The notes: a model not told the origin generated them from the letters alone. DNA of 63,354 nucleotides, filler included, from Licmophora abbreviata (GCA_900291995.1; 10 parts of 10 records of this genome joined end to end with filler, not necessarily neighbours in it); one strand, 5' to 3'. Counted from the whole stretch's first letter, positions 46,611 to 58,859 are shown. Translations and numbers: made by a program.

Positions 46611-47253
46611 TTAAAGGGAGGGACGCTTCAAGGGTTGTGAAAGTAAGAGTAGTAGTTTGATCGAGATGACGACGACGATGATAGGATTGATTGGTGTTGA
46701 TGATGATGACTGCGAATTGTGTGATGTTTGGGTTCGCATCGACTCGACTCGACTGGATTGATCTTGTGATTGCGCGCCAAACTCTCTCGTCTCGTGCGGA
46801 CGCCATCGTCCACCTGTGTCGCATCCACGTCATCATGACATTCTGGATGCCGCGGTGAGGACGAAGAGATTTCCGTGTATTCGACGCCGACAAACGTCTT
46901 GTGAGAATGATAAGATCGATCGATCGATTTATCGATCGACACACGCTGGGACCCAGAGAAGGCGAGCCGTAGAGAGGACTTACACATACTCCCAAGTAGC
47001 CGAAACTTCTTCTTAGCCAGCCTCCTAGAGGTACGCAAGTGTACAAGCAACATCTCTACATAGCTAGGAGCTAGTATTCCATACCGGGAAAAGTGCAGTA
47101 TACTCTTGCTATGCCGTAGATCCCGTTCTCTCATGTGAGGCTGCATTGTGCCACTCTCCCTATTGTATCTCCGATACACCTGACTCCCCATCACGTATAG
47201 CCCTATACAACTACACTACAACAACCTCCTGCTCTCTCTCGCTCTCTCTTTTT

Positions 47254-47738
47254 CTACTTTTGTTTCATCGTCGTGAGTTCATCCACTTGCATTTGCAGTA
47301 CTCGCACTTGTTCTTTCAGTCGTTGATGTTCGTGTTGCATCGCTTCGACATCAACATTGGGCGGTGCACCCAACATTTTCCGAAGATAGTCGACGGCATT
47401 CGTAGGACGCTCGGGTTCCTCGTAGAGGCCCACAAGTACCTTGGTGAGGGCATCGAGGACACCGGTCTTTTCCAAATACTTGCGAAATTCTTCCTTTTTG
47501 GAGTCTGAAGACTATACATAGAAAAGAAAGAGACAAACGCAGTCGTGAGGGAGAGGTGTATACTCTACGACTACGAGGGAGTGTGTTCTTGTTTGGTGCG
47601 CCTCATCGTCTCAAATATCCATACGATCGAGCAAGAGGCGATGAAAGACAGTACTCAAACAGTAGAACCTGCTCTACTTCGACCCAAAGAGGATACACCC
47701 AAAAGAAGACACCACTAGCTCACCTGATGGGAGGTCAT
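47254..47738 (-). CDS. MYCBP: c-Myc-binding protein (MYCBP/AMY-1/FAP174 family); intron 47512-47723
   Basis: MTSHQ|SSDSKKEEFRKYLEKTGVLDALTKVLVGLYEEPERPTNAVDYL followed by a coiled coil. Confidence 0.88.
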
Positions 47739-48115
47739 CGTCGAGTCTATGTGTGAAAAAAGTGACGCAACAATGAATCGTTTTTCTCTTGCAGCAAAAT
47801 CAATCGCTCCTTTGAGTAATTCCACAAGTACAACCGCGGCAGCGACTGTGTGTGAAGGGGTTCACGCTACTACACTCGGTGGTATGATACAAACGCGGTC
47901 TCGCGATATCACACAAGAACTGGTCGACGACGACCCAGAGATGGCACTTTGGAATGTACGCGCGGCACGCGCCCTCAATTGCAATGACAATTGTGCGTGT
48001 TGGCGTTCGCTTCGCATTTGTTCCGTTTGGAACGACGACGACGACGACGATGAACACTGCATCCGAGGAGTCACTATAATTAAGTACAGTCCTACTCGTA
48101 GTATCGATCAGGACG

Positions 48116-48911
48116 ATGGCATCACGGGTGTGCAGAAGCTGTAACAACGGGCTACCAGTACGCTTTCGTATGATACTAGTACGATGGAGTGGTAGCAGCA
48201 GTCCTTCACGACGACCTACCGCATCCACTCGCGCACTCCTACAGAATCTACTAGGACTGCAAAGAAGAAGAAGAAGAAGTCCGCACCAGCAATCACCCAC
48301 AGAAGAAAGCACGTCGGAAGAAACCATGAGACGTCGCATGGCACTGGCCAAGGCCATCACGTTGGTAGAAAGCAAGGCACCTCATCATCAGCAACAAGCA
48401 GACTGGCTCTTGACGAATGTGTTGTTACGAAACGTGGATACGGAGGATGTTCCAGTCCACAAAAAGTCCTTTCGATTGGGACTGGCTGGTCCTCCGGGAG
48501 CAGGAAAGTCGTCCTTTATAGAGAGCTTTGGTATGTACCTACTGGGAGAACGAAAACAGCAAGGTACTCGTCCATCACAACAAGGAACGACTTCACCTAC
48601 TACTACTACGTCAGATCCTTTGACTTTGAACCGTGTGGATACTGATGCCGACACGATCGAAGGACGTCCGTCCAAATTGGCAGTCGTGGCCATTGATCCA
48701 TCCTCCAATGTGACGGGTGGGTCTATACTTGGAGATAAGACGCGCATGATGGAACTTTCGCAACACGAACGAGTACGTTGGTTTTGGATGTTGCTGAGAG
48801 AGAGAGAGAGAGTCAGACCAAAACAGAATGTCAGAATAGAATGTACGAAATCTCAACGCGCTCTCTCTATTTGTTGCTGAATTCACATACAGGCATTTGT
48901 ACGTCCGTCCG
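48116..48911 (+). CDS. MMAA: MMAA/MeaB GTPase (methylmalonyl-CoA mutase chaperone), 3' end lost in gap; intron 48773-48892; start uncertain
   Basis: ALAKAITLVES, FRLGLAGPPGAGKSSFIE, KLAVVAIDPSS..GGSILGDKTRM..LS..|AFVRPS. Confidence 0.9.
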
Positions 48912-49011
48912 NNNNNNNNNNNNNNNNNNNNNNNNNNNNNNNNNNNNNNNNNNNNTTAATTAATTAANNNNNNNNNNNNNNNNNNNNNNNNNNNNNNNNN
49001 NNNNNNNNNNN
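48912..49011. other. Artificial assembly gap spacer hiding the 3' ends of both MMAA and NRT2
   Basis: N44-TTAATTAATTAA-N44; both flanking genes are truncated, so the true gap exceeds 100 bp. Confidence 0.99.
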
Positions 49012-49112
49012 AAGAATGAGGGCCAGCCCTGATAGCGATACGCACAAGGTAGAGGTCTCGGTATACGTCTCGCTTTACGAGAAATAACACATAGGGTGAA
49101 AGGTCGACTTAC

Positions 49113-50861
49113 CCATAGGTGGAACCTTCTGCCGCTTGGACAAACACGGAGAAAACAACTAGCACAAGAATTGCGACCCCAAGAGTTGAGCAGTTTGCAA
49201 ACGCAATTACCATACACCCTTCCATAAAGAGGACGAAGGACTGCCACGCGAGTCGCCCCCGCATGCCTACGGTTTGAAAACACAAAAAATTGAGCCGAGT
49301 GCAAGACGTCACTGGATTGACTCAAGTACAGATTACTTACCCCATCGACTATTCGCCTTGTCACTAATATATCCACCCATCCCACGAGCAAACAAGTTCA
49401 TCCATCCAAAGATTGATGCAATGGCTGCAGCCTTTTCCGTCGACAGGCCGAACTCGTCCTTGAAGTAGAGAGCCGCTGCGTTGTTCATGGTGATTTCGAC
49501 ACCAAAGCAGCATGCGTACTGCAGAAACAAAAGCCATGTATTGATATTGAATGTTCCCTTACGAAATGACTTGGCGACGCTCATTGTTTGAATCTGCTTT
49601 TGTCGTTTCAGCTTGGCATAGTTGCCCTTGGGGCAGTCGTCCGTGATTCTGACGACAAAGTAGGCCGTGACCATACCGATCATTGCCGGGAAGATACAAA
49701 CGGTTCGCCACGCCTTTTCGCTATCACCTCCGTAGACAATTTCAAAAATGGGAAAGAGTATAGACCCCATCAGGATCTGAGTGACGCCTCCTCCGAGGTT
49801 GCCCCACCCACCGACCATGGCGTTGGCGGTGCCGACCCATTCCTTCGTGAACATGATGCTTGTCCTAAAAGAAGATACCAAGCAATTGCATTGGATTATG
49901 TTAAGCATGCATAGAGTTCAACGACGCTTGACTTTCGCAATGTCATAACAGTCTGCTTACCAGTATTGGCACATCACGAAGGTCGATCCTCCAATTCCAA
50001 TGAAGAATCGAATGATTGCAAGTCCAGTGGCAGTGTTGACAAGGCCAATAAGCCCGGTCGGTATAGCACTGGCCACAAGGATGATTCCCATTGGAATCCG
50101 TGGTCCATACTTGTCACAAAAGGGTCCAAGAACAAACCGCATGATGATGGTCCCCGCGACGGCCGCAATCGACGACGTCCATATTTCTTCTTTCGATATT
50201 CCGAGCGTGGTTTGCACTTCGGTCAGCAAGGGCGATATAGAAAACCTGCATGGAAAGGGGACGAGGACAGTGGGAACAGAGATGAGGCAGCTCGTGAGAG
50301 ATCCGTGTGTTTGTTATGGCTTTCCGATCTTTGTGATGAGTTTCGAATCGGGGAACAACACGTTTGTGGTCGCTACTCGCATCGGCGCAGCGCAGACAAG
50401 CGCAGAAGTCTTTGTCCCTTACACCCAAGATCTTCCTGGGACGTACCACATGAGAAATGCGACATGATAGCTCCACCACGCAAAGTGGAATGCTCGCATA
50501 TGGGGTCGTCGAAAGGAACAAAGCCGAATTTCAGCGGCCTTGTAGTCCTGGGCGGGGTCTACTTTGAGATGGAACGAGTCGTACTTTTTCATACTTGTCA
50601 TGGAGGACTGGGAAATAGGAAGATCAACCCAGCAATGAGAAACGAAGCATGCACCAAGCGTCGCATCACTACCCCGACTTCTTGCCGACGTACCATCTCG
50701 TTGTGGGTAGCTCCAGAGCAACGGCGTGGCCCGGCGGGGTCGGCATTCTCCTCCGAAACACAGCTCTCGTCGAAAGTCACACCCATTGGATACGACAGGC
50801 TTTCTTCTGCACCCTCAGGCTCACAATGTCGTCGACCAACAGGTTCGTCTTGCGATTCCAT
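49113..50861 (-). CDS. NRT2: High-affinity nitrate transporter NRT2 (MFS), at least 5 introns, 3' end lost in gap
   Basis: SFRRPHMRAFHFAW, GPFCDKYGPR, RFFIGIGGSTFVMCQYW, VGTANAMVGGWGNLGGGVTQ, QYACCFGVEIT, FGWMNLFARGMGG, FVQAAEGSTYG. Confidence 0.95.
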
Positions 50862-51323
50862 GGTGATGATCCAAGGCCTCCATCCCTCGCACCTCGATGT
50901 GTGTGACGGCGAGGATGCGCGCGCTTTTTGTTTTCCTTTTGGCGTTGGTTTGTGTGGGACCAATTTTTTGGTTCACAAGCGGGGAGCTTGTCAGCCATGT
51001 TTTGCGTTATACATTGTTGAAGTTCTTTACCGGAATGGATATTCATGGTCATTAATGAATCATTAGTAAGCACACACAATCGTCCAGCCTCATATATACC
51101 CTCATTATGTAAATAAACATAGCAATTCCATTTTATTTCGGCGAGCCACCTCTATGTAATCTCGGTTGAATCGAGCGTGTCGAGTCTTTTTTGAGAATTC
51201 GTGACGAGCTCGAGAGCTCTAGAAATCCAAAGGAGTGGCGGACAGTCCACAACATCGTCGTCGTCATCACTTTCGCCTGCCTCTCATCGCACACTTCGCA
51301 GTGCAGACTGATGAGAAGCAACC

Positions 51324-52167
51324 ATGATTATGATGAAGCAGCCGTCGTTTGTCGTCTTTCTCTTGTCTTTTTTATTTCTTGACGTCCAGTCATGGTCAGA
51401 GAATTCCCCCTTGTCCAGTCGACGCGCGTTTGTCTGTGGTGCCGCGACAACTGTGGCCATTGCCGCTGCCCCAACCACTGCATCCGCCGGAGTTCCACCG
51501 ACCGGTGTCAAGGCACCTTCGTTTGAGCTTCCCAACAGCCGGGGTGAAGGATCCACGTCGTTGGGAAAACTTTCGAGCGATGGAAAGTGGACTGTTTTGT
51601 ATTTTTACCCAGGAGCCTTCACCACAGGATGTACGCTGGAGGCGCGTGGCTTTCAGGCAGACATTGAGAAGTACCGAAAGGTATGTTTCTTTGTGACTTG
51701 GATCGACCTGTGCTGTGATTGGTCTTAATAGAAGCGTATATATATCTAGAAGAACGGAAAGAGCATACAGAGAAATGATTCGATTCTGTTTCTTGTACTC
51801 GCTGTGTTCTCAAGGTCCTCGTTTTCTTACGTTTTTCTTACACCTTCTTCTTTTTGCGTGTCACCTACAGCTCAACGCTCAGATTGTGGGTGTCTCCGTG
51901 GACGCGCCGGAAAAGAATGCTCAGTTCTGTACGGCTGAGGGCTTGGACTTTTACATGCTGAGCGACAAGGGGGGATCAGTTAGCAAGATGTACGGAAGCG
52001 CCATTAGCGTTCCAGGATTCGGTACTTTCTCGAACCGACAGACATACTTGATTGATCCGAAGGGAGAGCTGCGCTGGGTCTTTACGGACGTCGAGAGCCG
52101 CATTGGACGCCATTCTTCTGAAGTACTCGAGAAACTGGGAGAGCTCGAAACAGCAGCATCGGCGTAG
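51324..52167 (+). CDS. Peroxiredoxin Q/BCP, probably thylakoid lumen; intron 51681-51870
   Basis: Signal peptide, then SRRAFV..ASA twin-arginine leader; VLYFYPGAFTTGCTLEARGF, IVGVSVD..QFCTAEGLDF, RQTYLIDPKG. Confidence 0.9.
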
Positions 52168-52316
52168 TCCAATCAATACTGTCACTAGAGAAACTATAAA
52201 TCGCGAGATATAGTGTCGGTGCCACGCTGAGAGATGAACAAACTTCTGTTTGTAGCTGTTTAGCACTTTACATGTACTCGTAAGCTATTCATCTACATTT
52301 ATTTTGATATCGAACC

Positions 52317-52466
52317 CAACTACTTTGTAGAGGTTCTTCGAAAAAAGAATCAAAAACCTCTTTTGCGGTTGCGTACTGCTTGGTCCAACAACTACTTTGT
52401 GGAGGTACGTTCTTCGAAAAAGGAATCAAAATCCTCTTTTGCGGTTGCGGTACTGCTTGGTGCCAA
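52317..52466. repeat. Degenerate tandem duplication (about 72 and 78 bp) of the last codons of the GAT gene
   Basis: 52317-52388 repeats 52389-52466 with several 1-4 bp deletions. Confidence 0.85.
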
Positions 52467-53033
52467 AACGTCGTCTCCAAATGGATCACTGGATGCCGCG
52501 ACGGTCTTCTCGGCGGGGGCTAGGACGTCACTACCGAACGGGTCCATCAGCTCTTCGCCCGTCGTTTTCCCTCCGGATGTTCCAACTTCGGCCACCTTCT
52601 TCTTATCATCGTCGTCGTCAAGAAGAAGGTCATCCAGGTCTTCATGAAGAGATTTTGCAGGAGTACTAGCAGCAGTTGTCATAGCCGGTGTTTCCGTCTC
52701 GGCGTATGTGTCGATATCAGCCAGCTGCGTGACTAGCCGATCGTTCACGTCCAAACACTCCATCAGCACGCTTTCCCCCACTGCACCTTGCGCCGCCGCT
52801 TCTACCAGTTCCTTCATACGGGGTGCACACGCTTCTAAGAATCCAATCACTCCTAGCAACGCATCGTCGTTCTTTAGAGAAGGAGCCGGCGATCCATCCA
52901 CTGGATGCATCATGCCCTGGCAAAGATCCATCTTTTCTTTGAGCACATTCAAGTCTGCGAGAATCTTGGCATCGACTGTACTTTCAATATTGGCGCCTCC
53001 TGCGGTTGCACTGGATGCCGACTCCGTTTGCAT
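52392..53033 (-). CDS. GAT-domain endocytic adaptor-like protein with DPF motifs (start uncertain)
   Basis: KILADLNVLKEKMDLCQGM..RMKELVE..MECLDVNDRL (GAT-like); tail with DLDDLLL, DPFGSDVLAP, DPFGDDVLAP, DFDSFF. Confidence 0.65.
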   Translation of the reverse strand: MQTESASSATAGGANIESTVDAKILADLNVLKEKMDLCQGMMHPVDGSPAPSLKNDDALLGVIGFLEACAPRMKELVEAAAQGAVGESVLMECLDVNDRLVTQLADIDTYAETETPAMTTAASTPAKSLHEDLDDLLLDDDDDKKKVAEVGTSGGKTTGEELMDPFGSDVLAPAEKTVAASSDPFGDDVLAPSSTATAKEDFDSFFEERTSTK

Positions 53034-53060
53034 GGTTAGGTGGGTGTACAATGAAACGCA

Positions 53061-53082
53061 AGAGAGAGAGAGAGAGAGAGAG
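53061..53082. repeat. (AG)11 microsatellite; a shorter (GA)8 lies at 48796-48811
   Basis: Read directly. Confidence 0.9.
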
Positions 53083-53452
53083 CAGATAAGAGGGTTGAAG
53101 TCGCCCGAGCTGAGTGTCTCGCTGAGCGATTCCCATTTTTGACTTGCAACTTCCATCATCACAGCGGCGGGCTTCGCGCACGCTAAATAATGGTGCACAG
53201 CCAGACAGCGTTGATTATGTATCATACCGCTAGGGCCACGAATCGATCGCAAAGTTCAGAAAATCGCATTGACAGACAGATAGATTTTATGAAATTATTC
53301 ATCTATGAGGATTGGATTTGAAAGGGTATCCGTTTTTCCCCCAACAACGAGAATTGCCGCCAACATGATAGATCCAACCGTCATCCATTCAAGATTGATC
53401 GCCATAATGCAACGCATTGTGGGATTCACTTCGCTGAAACCAGAATCAGTCC

Positions 53453-56400
53453 ATGACCATGGCATCTAAGAAAGGGCTGGAAGCAGCCTTCCCTTCGATC
53501 GCAGCGCCGTCGGAGAGCCATCAGAACAAGCCCAAAGCTAGCAATGTACGAGTTGTAGCCAGGATCCGTCCTATGAGTGATGCCGAGGTAGAAGCCGGCT
53601 GCGCTGCCGTGATTCAACCGTTGATGACGAAGGGAAATCGATTGTCTGCGAGATCTCCTGCTCGTCGTGTCATCGGCATGAGCTCGGCAAAGCGAGGCGA
53701 GTTGTCCCACCGCAGCGGACCCTTGGCATTCCTGACACCAGAGCGCAAGAAGAAGGCAGGAGCACAAGCGACCCCTCCTCGGTCTCGAACAGGCACCAAG
53801 TCATCTACTCCAGTTACTCGAAATGGCAAGACACCGTATCGAGAAGGTCAGTCTACCAGCGAGGACGGCACGGCGCAGAGTCTACAAGCGCAACAAAAAC
53901 AGTTCGACTTTGATGCCGTGTTTGCTGTCGAGGCGACTCAGAAGGAAGTTTATCATCGCTCAGTCGGGGATTCAGTGAGCCGAAACATCTTTCGAGGATA
54001 TAATACTACGATTCTCGCCTACGGTCAGACAGGCAGTGGCAAGACATTCACGATGGGTGGTCGTCGCGAGGCTGAACTTGACAAGGTCGCGGATCTATCG
54101 CCGACATGTCGTGACTCGGTCATTCGAAAGATGACGTTTGAAGGCTACTCTTCTGCGAAAGAAGCTATCACGCTCAACGAAGATGATGGAATTATTCCAC
54201 GGGCGGTGCATGATCTATTCAAAGCCAAACAACTTCAGGAATCTACAGGCCAGGTGTCGATTCAACTCACGTATCTCGAAATCTACAACGACGAGCTAAG
54301 AGACTTGATGTCAGAAGGTGGCGACTCGCCCAGCAGTCTTCGACTCCGCGATCAGGGTGACGATGGTATAGTTGTGAATGGTCTGACGACCGTCGCTGTC
54401 ACTTCTGTCGAACATGTGCAGCTATTGATGCACCAGGCGGCATCACGGCGTATCACGGCAAGTACTCGAATGAATATGCGATCCAGTCGGTCGCATGCCA
54501 TCTGCACTCTCCATGTTGAGGTGAACCCATCAGCTAAAGCGCCGTCATCGCTTCGAGGCTCACAAGCAGAAATCGTTCGAGCCAAACTGACGCTCGTTGA
54601 CCTCGCTGGGTCGGAACGAATCAAGGATACTGGTGTCATCGGACTGCAGCAGCAAGAGAGCATCAATATCAACAAGGACTTGTTTGTGCTTGCAAAAGTC
54701 GTGTCTGCTCTAGCGGAGAAAAACAAGAAGCATAAAAGGGGGAAAAGCGTACATGTCCCGTACCGTGACAGTAAGCTTACGCGATTACTTCGCGACTCAT
54801 TGGGAGGTAAGAAGAACTATGTTCGACTGTTTGTATGTTTCCGCTATTCAATGAGAACTGACTAAGCGTCCTACGATCACAGGAAACTGCTGCACCGTCA
54901 TGGTTGCTTGCATCTCGCCAGCAAGTGGCAATCTAGAAGAGTCCGTCAATACGCTCAGGTATGCAGAGCGAACACGTTCTATCACCAACTCGATTAAACC
55001 GAACGTCGAGAATGCAGCCATGACCCCTGCAGAGTGTGTAGCCATGCGTGGGGAGAACAAACAACTCAAGATCAAGGTCCTCGAGCTTATGAATCGACTA
55101 CGCAAAGTGGAGATTGGCACTGAGAACGACGACTGTAGTTTATCCCATGCTCCCTCATTCACAGAGGATGATATTTCCCTGGCTGGGAGTGTCGACTCTT
55201 TGAAACATCGCCAGACAATGCTCGAACACCTCGACGGGCTGATCAGCAAACAGAACAGGGTAGTAGCGCGCCTCCGAGAGGAAACGAAATCTCTGAAGAG
55301 TTCCATCAATCGATCTTCGAAGAACGGAGCTACGAACAGTCGGTCCGATGTCGAGGCCATGGCGAAGAGGATTGAAGTCCTGAAGAACTCTATGGACAAA
55401 GCCGAAGCTGAGGCCATACAACGCAAGAGGCAGCTAGCTCAAGAAATAGACAACCAAGAGGCCAGGCTTGAAGAACTTCGAGCGGAGACATCGAGGGGGA
55501 TATCAATCGCGGGTGCGACAAGGGGTCTTCTGGGCCGTATGCAACCAGGCAGGAAAGGTTCTGATGTAGAGCTTGTGCCCATCAAGAAAGGGGGAGGAGG
55601 CGATAAAGAAGATTCAGAAGGCGATCGCATCAAAGAGCTAGAGCGCCAACTGTTCGAGACAGCCTCGAAGAATAAGACTCTCGCCAATGAATTGATGGAA
55701 GTGAAGGAACAGCTTTCTATGACCTCAACTCTATCTTCTCAGCTTGCTAAGGAAAAACAGGCTCGCTGCAAGGGAGAGCTTGAGGCAAAGACACTCTCCC
55801 ATCAGCTTTCGAGGGTGGTTAATGAGCGCGACTCGTTACGAGTTACAGTGGCAGTTAATCAGGATACGATTCACAGACTGGGTCTTGAGCTGGAACAACT
55901 GATGGACGACGGCAAGGAGAATCATGGTATGCGACCAGTGGAGTCTCCTTCCAACAAGAAGCCACTTCAGATACTTTCCTCTAGCCAGGAGCTTCTGGTG
56001 GACCACACCAATACAATTCCGGTGTTCGAAGAGCCAGTCCCAAAGCAGCATCAAACTGTTGGCGTGGCTAGTTTAGAGTCTAAACCAGTCGCAAGCTTCG
56101 ACGATTCGACTATCGAGACAGAGAACGAGCTCTCAGAGGATGGAGATCATAAAGCCATCCGCGTTCAGGCAGAGAAAATGCTCTCTTGGGCAAATAAAGC
56201 CATTGCGAAGGGCCATGACCATCGGAGTACGTGCAGCTCGCTTGCATCCAGTCGAGCCACCGATTTCCTCCCGAACGTCAGTGAACTCGCTCCGCGGGCT
56301 ACCGTACCTCGGAATGTTGCCTCTGTTCGGATGGGAAAGCCGCCCCTTGCGACCACAAAAGATAGTACTGGCGATATCCCTCAGCTTGTAATAAGCAATA

Positions 56401-56927
56401 TTGACCAGATGAAAAAGTTGGGAGACTCCGGGTGTACATGTCAAGGAGCACTGTTCGGCGGAAACGCAGACCACGCGGACTTCTATTTACCCAAGCTTGG
56501 ATTGACGTGTTCATGCGGTAAGCGAACTCTCGAGAACGAGAAATTCTTAAAGGCTGGGGATCCATTAGCGCTTGAAAACATTCTTCGGACCTGGCAAGTC
56601 GACTTTTTGAAGTCTATTGATATTCGGACCGCCGACGTCCTTGTACGAGAGCACAATAAATTGGGAGATCATCTCGGGAAGGAGATGAGAAAGTGGAGGA
56701 GGAAGCAGAAGCTTCTTTCAGTCAAGACAAAGTCGTGTTGCATAGCGCTGCATATCTGGTCTCGCACGTGCAAATCAGTTGTTCGTTCGGTGGGCGAGCA
56801 GCAGGCGGCGGGAGCAAAAGTTCTCCAGAAGCCCGCATTCCTTGAGGTGTCTATTCCATCCGATAGGACAGTGTCGACACTTGGATGTGGCTCTTTCATT
56901 GAAGCGACAGATCATGTAGAAATGTAA
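53453..56927 (+). CDS. N-terminal-motor kinesin (kinesin-4-like) with coiled-coil stalk and unrecognised C-terminal domain; intron 54807-54882
   Basis: VRVVARIRP, FDFDAVF, GYNTTILAYGQTGSGKTFTM, YLEIYNDELRDL, SSRSHAI, LVDLAGSER, HVPYRDSKLTRLLRDSLG|GNCCTVMVACISPA..NTLRYA. Confidence 0.95.
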
Positions 56928-57249
56928 TTCTCTGAACTACTGTAGTTTGTCGATTCTAATGAAGAGAAAAGAAAAGGCTCTTTCCCGCGCAGTCATTACC
57001 TTGATGCGCGAGTAAGATTTTGTGAGTTCGCGTGGGACGGCTGGCGCCCTGAAGTATCTGTTGTACACTGCGTATATTCATTGAAACATTTAAGTCGGAA
57101 TATTTGTAAATGTTCTTTGAATCCGAGCATCTCACAATTCAACTCTCGTCGTGATCAGCGATTGTGTCGTTGCAACGCAACTACTCGTACGATACAAGTC
57201 GCCTCATCACGACTGCACCAAGCAGCAAACAAGGCAGAAGGAGATCCAG

Positions 57250-58859
57250 ATGATCCGATACGCCAGGAATCGCCACAGCTGTGGGCACACTCGCCAGTGC
57301 TCGAGCGATCGGAGCCCAAGCGTGAGAAGATTGAGTCTCGGTGAAACGCGAGGTAGCACTGCAAAATCTATCAACGAGTCGTTGTTGATTGGGGGTATTG
57401 CGGACGCTTCGCTCGATCCCGATGGTGAAATGGAGTCCATGAATACGATATCTCTTCGTAGCAGTGTCCAATTTGATCCATTCATCTCTCTTCAATCGCT
57501 CGTCTCTCAATGCGAAACGGGCTCGGATGCTTTTCTTGCCAAACCCTTCCTAGACGACAGCGAAGATAGTGGGTTCAATACCGACAACTCCGATGATATC
57601 ATCGGATTATTCCAAAACAATAGGAAAGATTCAGATCCTTTCTCCGCTTCTTTGGATGAAAAGGAAAACAAGAATGACAGCATCTGTCAGCGAGATACGG
57701 TATTGACGACACCAAATGACCAATCACTTCATACGCCGAGCCGGGGAAGCGCGCTGTCTGACCGAAATGAAATCCTGAACTTTTCTTCTCCTCGTTTGTC
57801 CTTGAAGAAAGTAGGAGTTCCAATCTTTTCTCCTAGTTTTGATGACGCCGAGAGTCCACGTCAACAAGATAGGTCTAGCATCCAACAATCCATTGATGAG
57901 CCGATTGACAAAGCGGATCCGCGGGACAGCGACGAACATTGCCATACAGCCTTTGAAAACGAGAACAATGGTGAGCTCGATGCTCGGGCGTACCTCGCGT
58001 GGAAGCGTAAAGGTGTCATGGGAAGAGACAAAACGACACCGAGAATTTCATCGTCGCCTCGAAGATCCGTTTCCGGAATATCTAGATCTTCTCTTCGGCG
58101 TGCGACAATGAGTCCACCAGATACGATTATGTTCTTTTCTACACCTCAGCAGGAAGATGAAGATACAATCACTGAGTCAGAGCCTGAAGCAGCCGCAGGC
58201 GGAAAGTTTTCCGATACACTGCATCGATGGAAGGACAAGTCCGAACGAAACCTCAATGGGCACTTTCTATCTCCAACATTGGCCAATTCCCCGAGGGATG
58301 GAAACACCCGACCCAGTCAAAGCGTCGATGTTGCGGCACATCAGGAGTCTACAGAAATCCATTGCGATGCCGATGAGCTAGGATTAGAAGACACTAAGTG
58401 TACGTGCTCGACGTCAATCTTCTCCGGAAACGACGCCTTGGTTGAGTTCTTCCTTCCAAAGCTAGGAATGGCGTGTTTTTGCGGAACCAAAGAAGCGATC
58501 ATTCCGCCTGACACTGACCCAACATTGCTTGAGCATATCCTCCGTCCGTGGCAGGTCGACTTTCTTGCCTCCTTTGGCATCCACAAAGGGGACGAACTAG
58601 TCAAGGTTTACCATCGGCGCGGCGATCTTTTGGCGCATGCATTGAAGGCATGGCGAAAACAGCACGGCATGCCTGCAGTTCGCAGAGACTCATGTGGTAT
58701 GGCTCTCCACATTTGGTCCCGTACATGCAAAGTATATGTCCGCAGCGTGCGAAAACAAATTGCAATGGGTCGAGAGGTCCTACAACAACCGAACGTCCTG
58801 GAAGCACTTTCTTCCTTTATGGGAGCAAAAGCATCTCCCTCTAGCGGAAAGAGTAGCAG
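57250..58859 (+). CDS. Disordered Ser/Asp-rich protein with the same C-terminal domain as the neighbouring kinesin; runs into gap; start uncertain
   Basis: CTCSTSIFSGN..FFLPKLGMACFCG..DPTLLEHILRPWQVDFL..SCGMALHIWSRTCK aligns with the kinesin tail. Confidence 0.8.

Noticed and set aside
46628..47194. 188-197-aa minus-strand ORFs between the DUF6544-like gene and MYCBP
   Set aside because: Low-complexity UTR or promoter-like sequence with ATCG and GAT runs; no protein-like motifs
49966..51066. 366-aa plus-strand ORF
   Set aside because: Antisense to the multi-exon NRT2 gene; no domain signal
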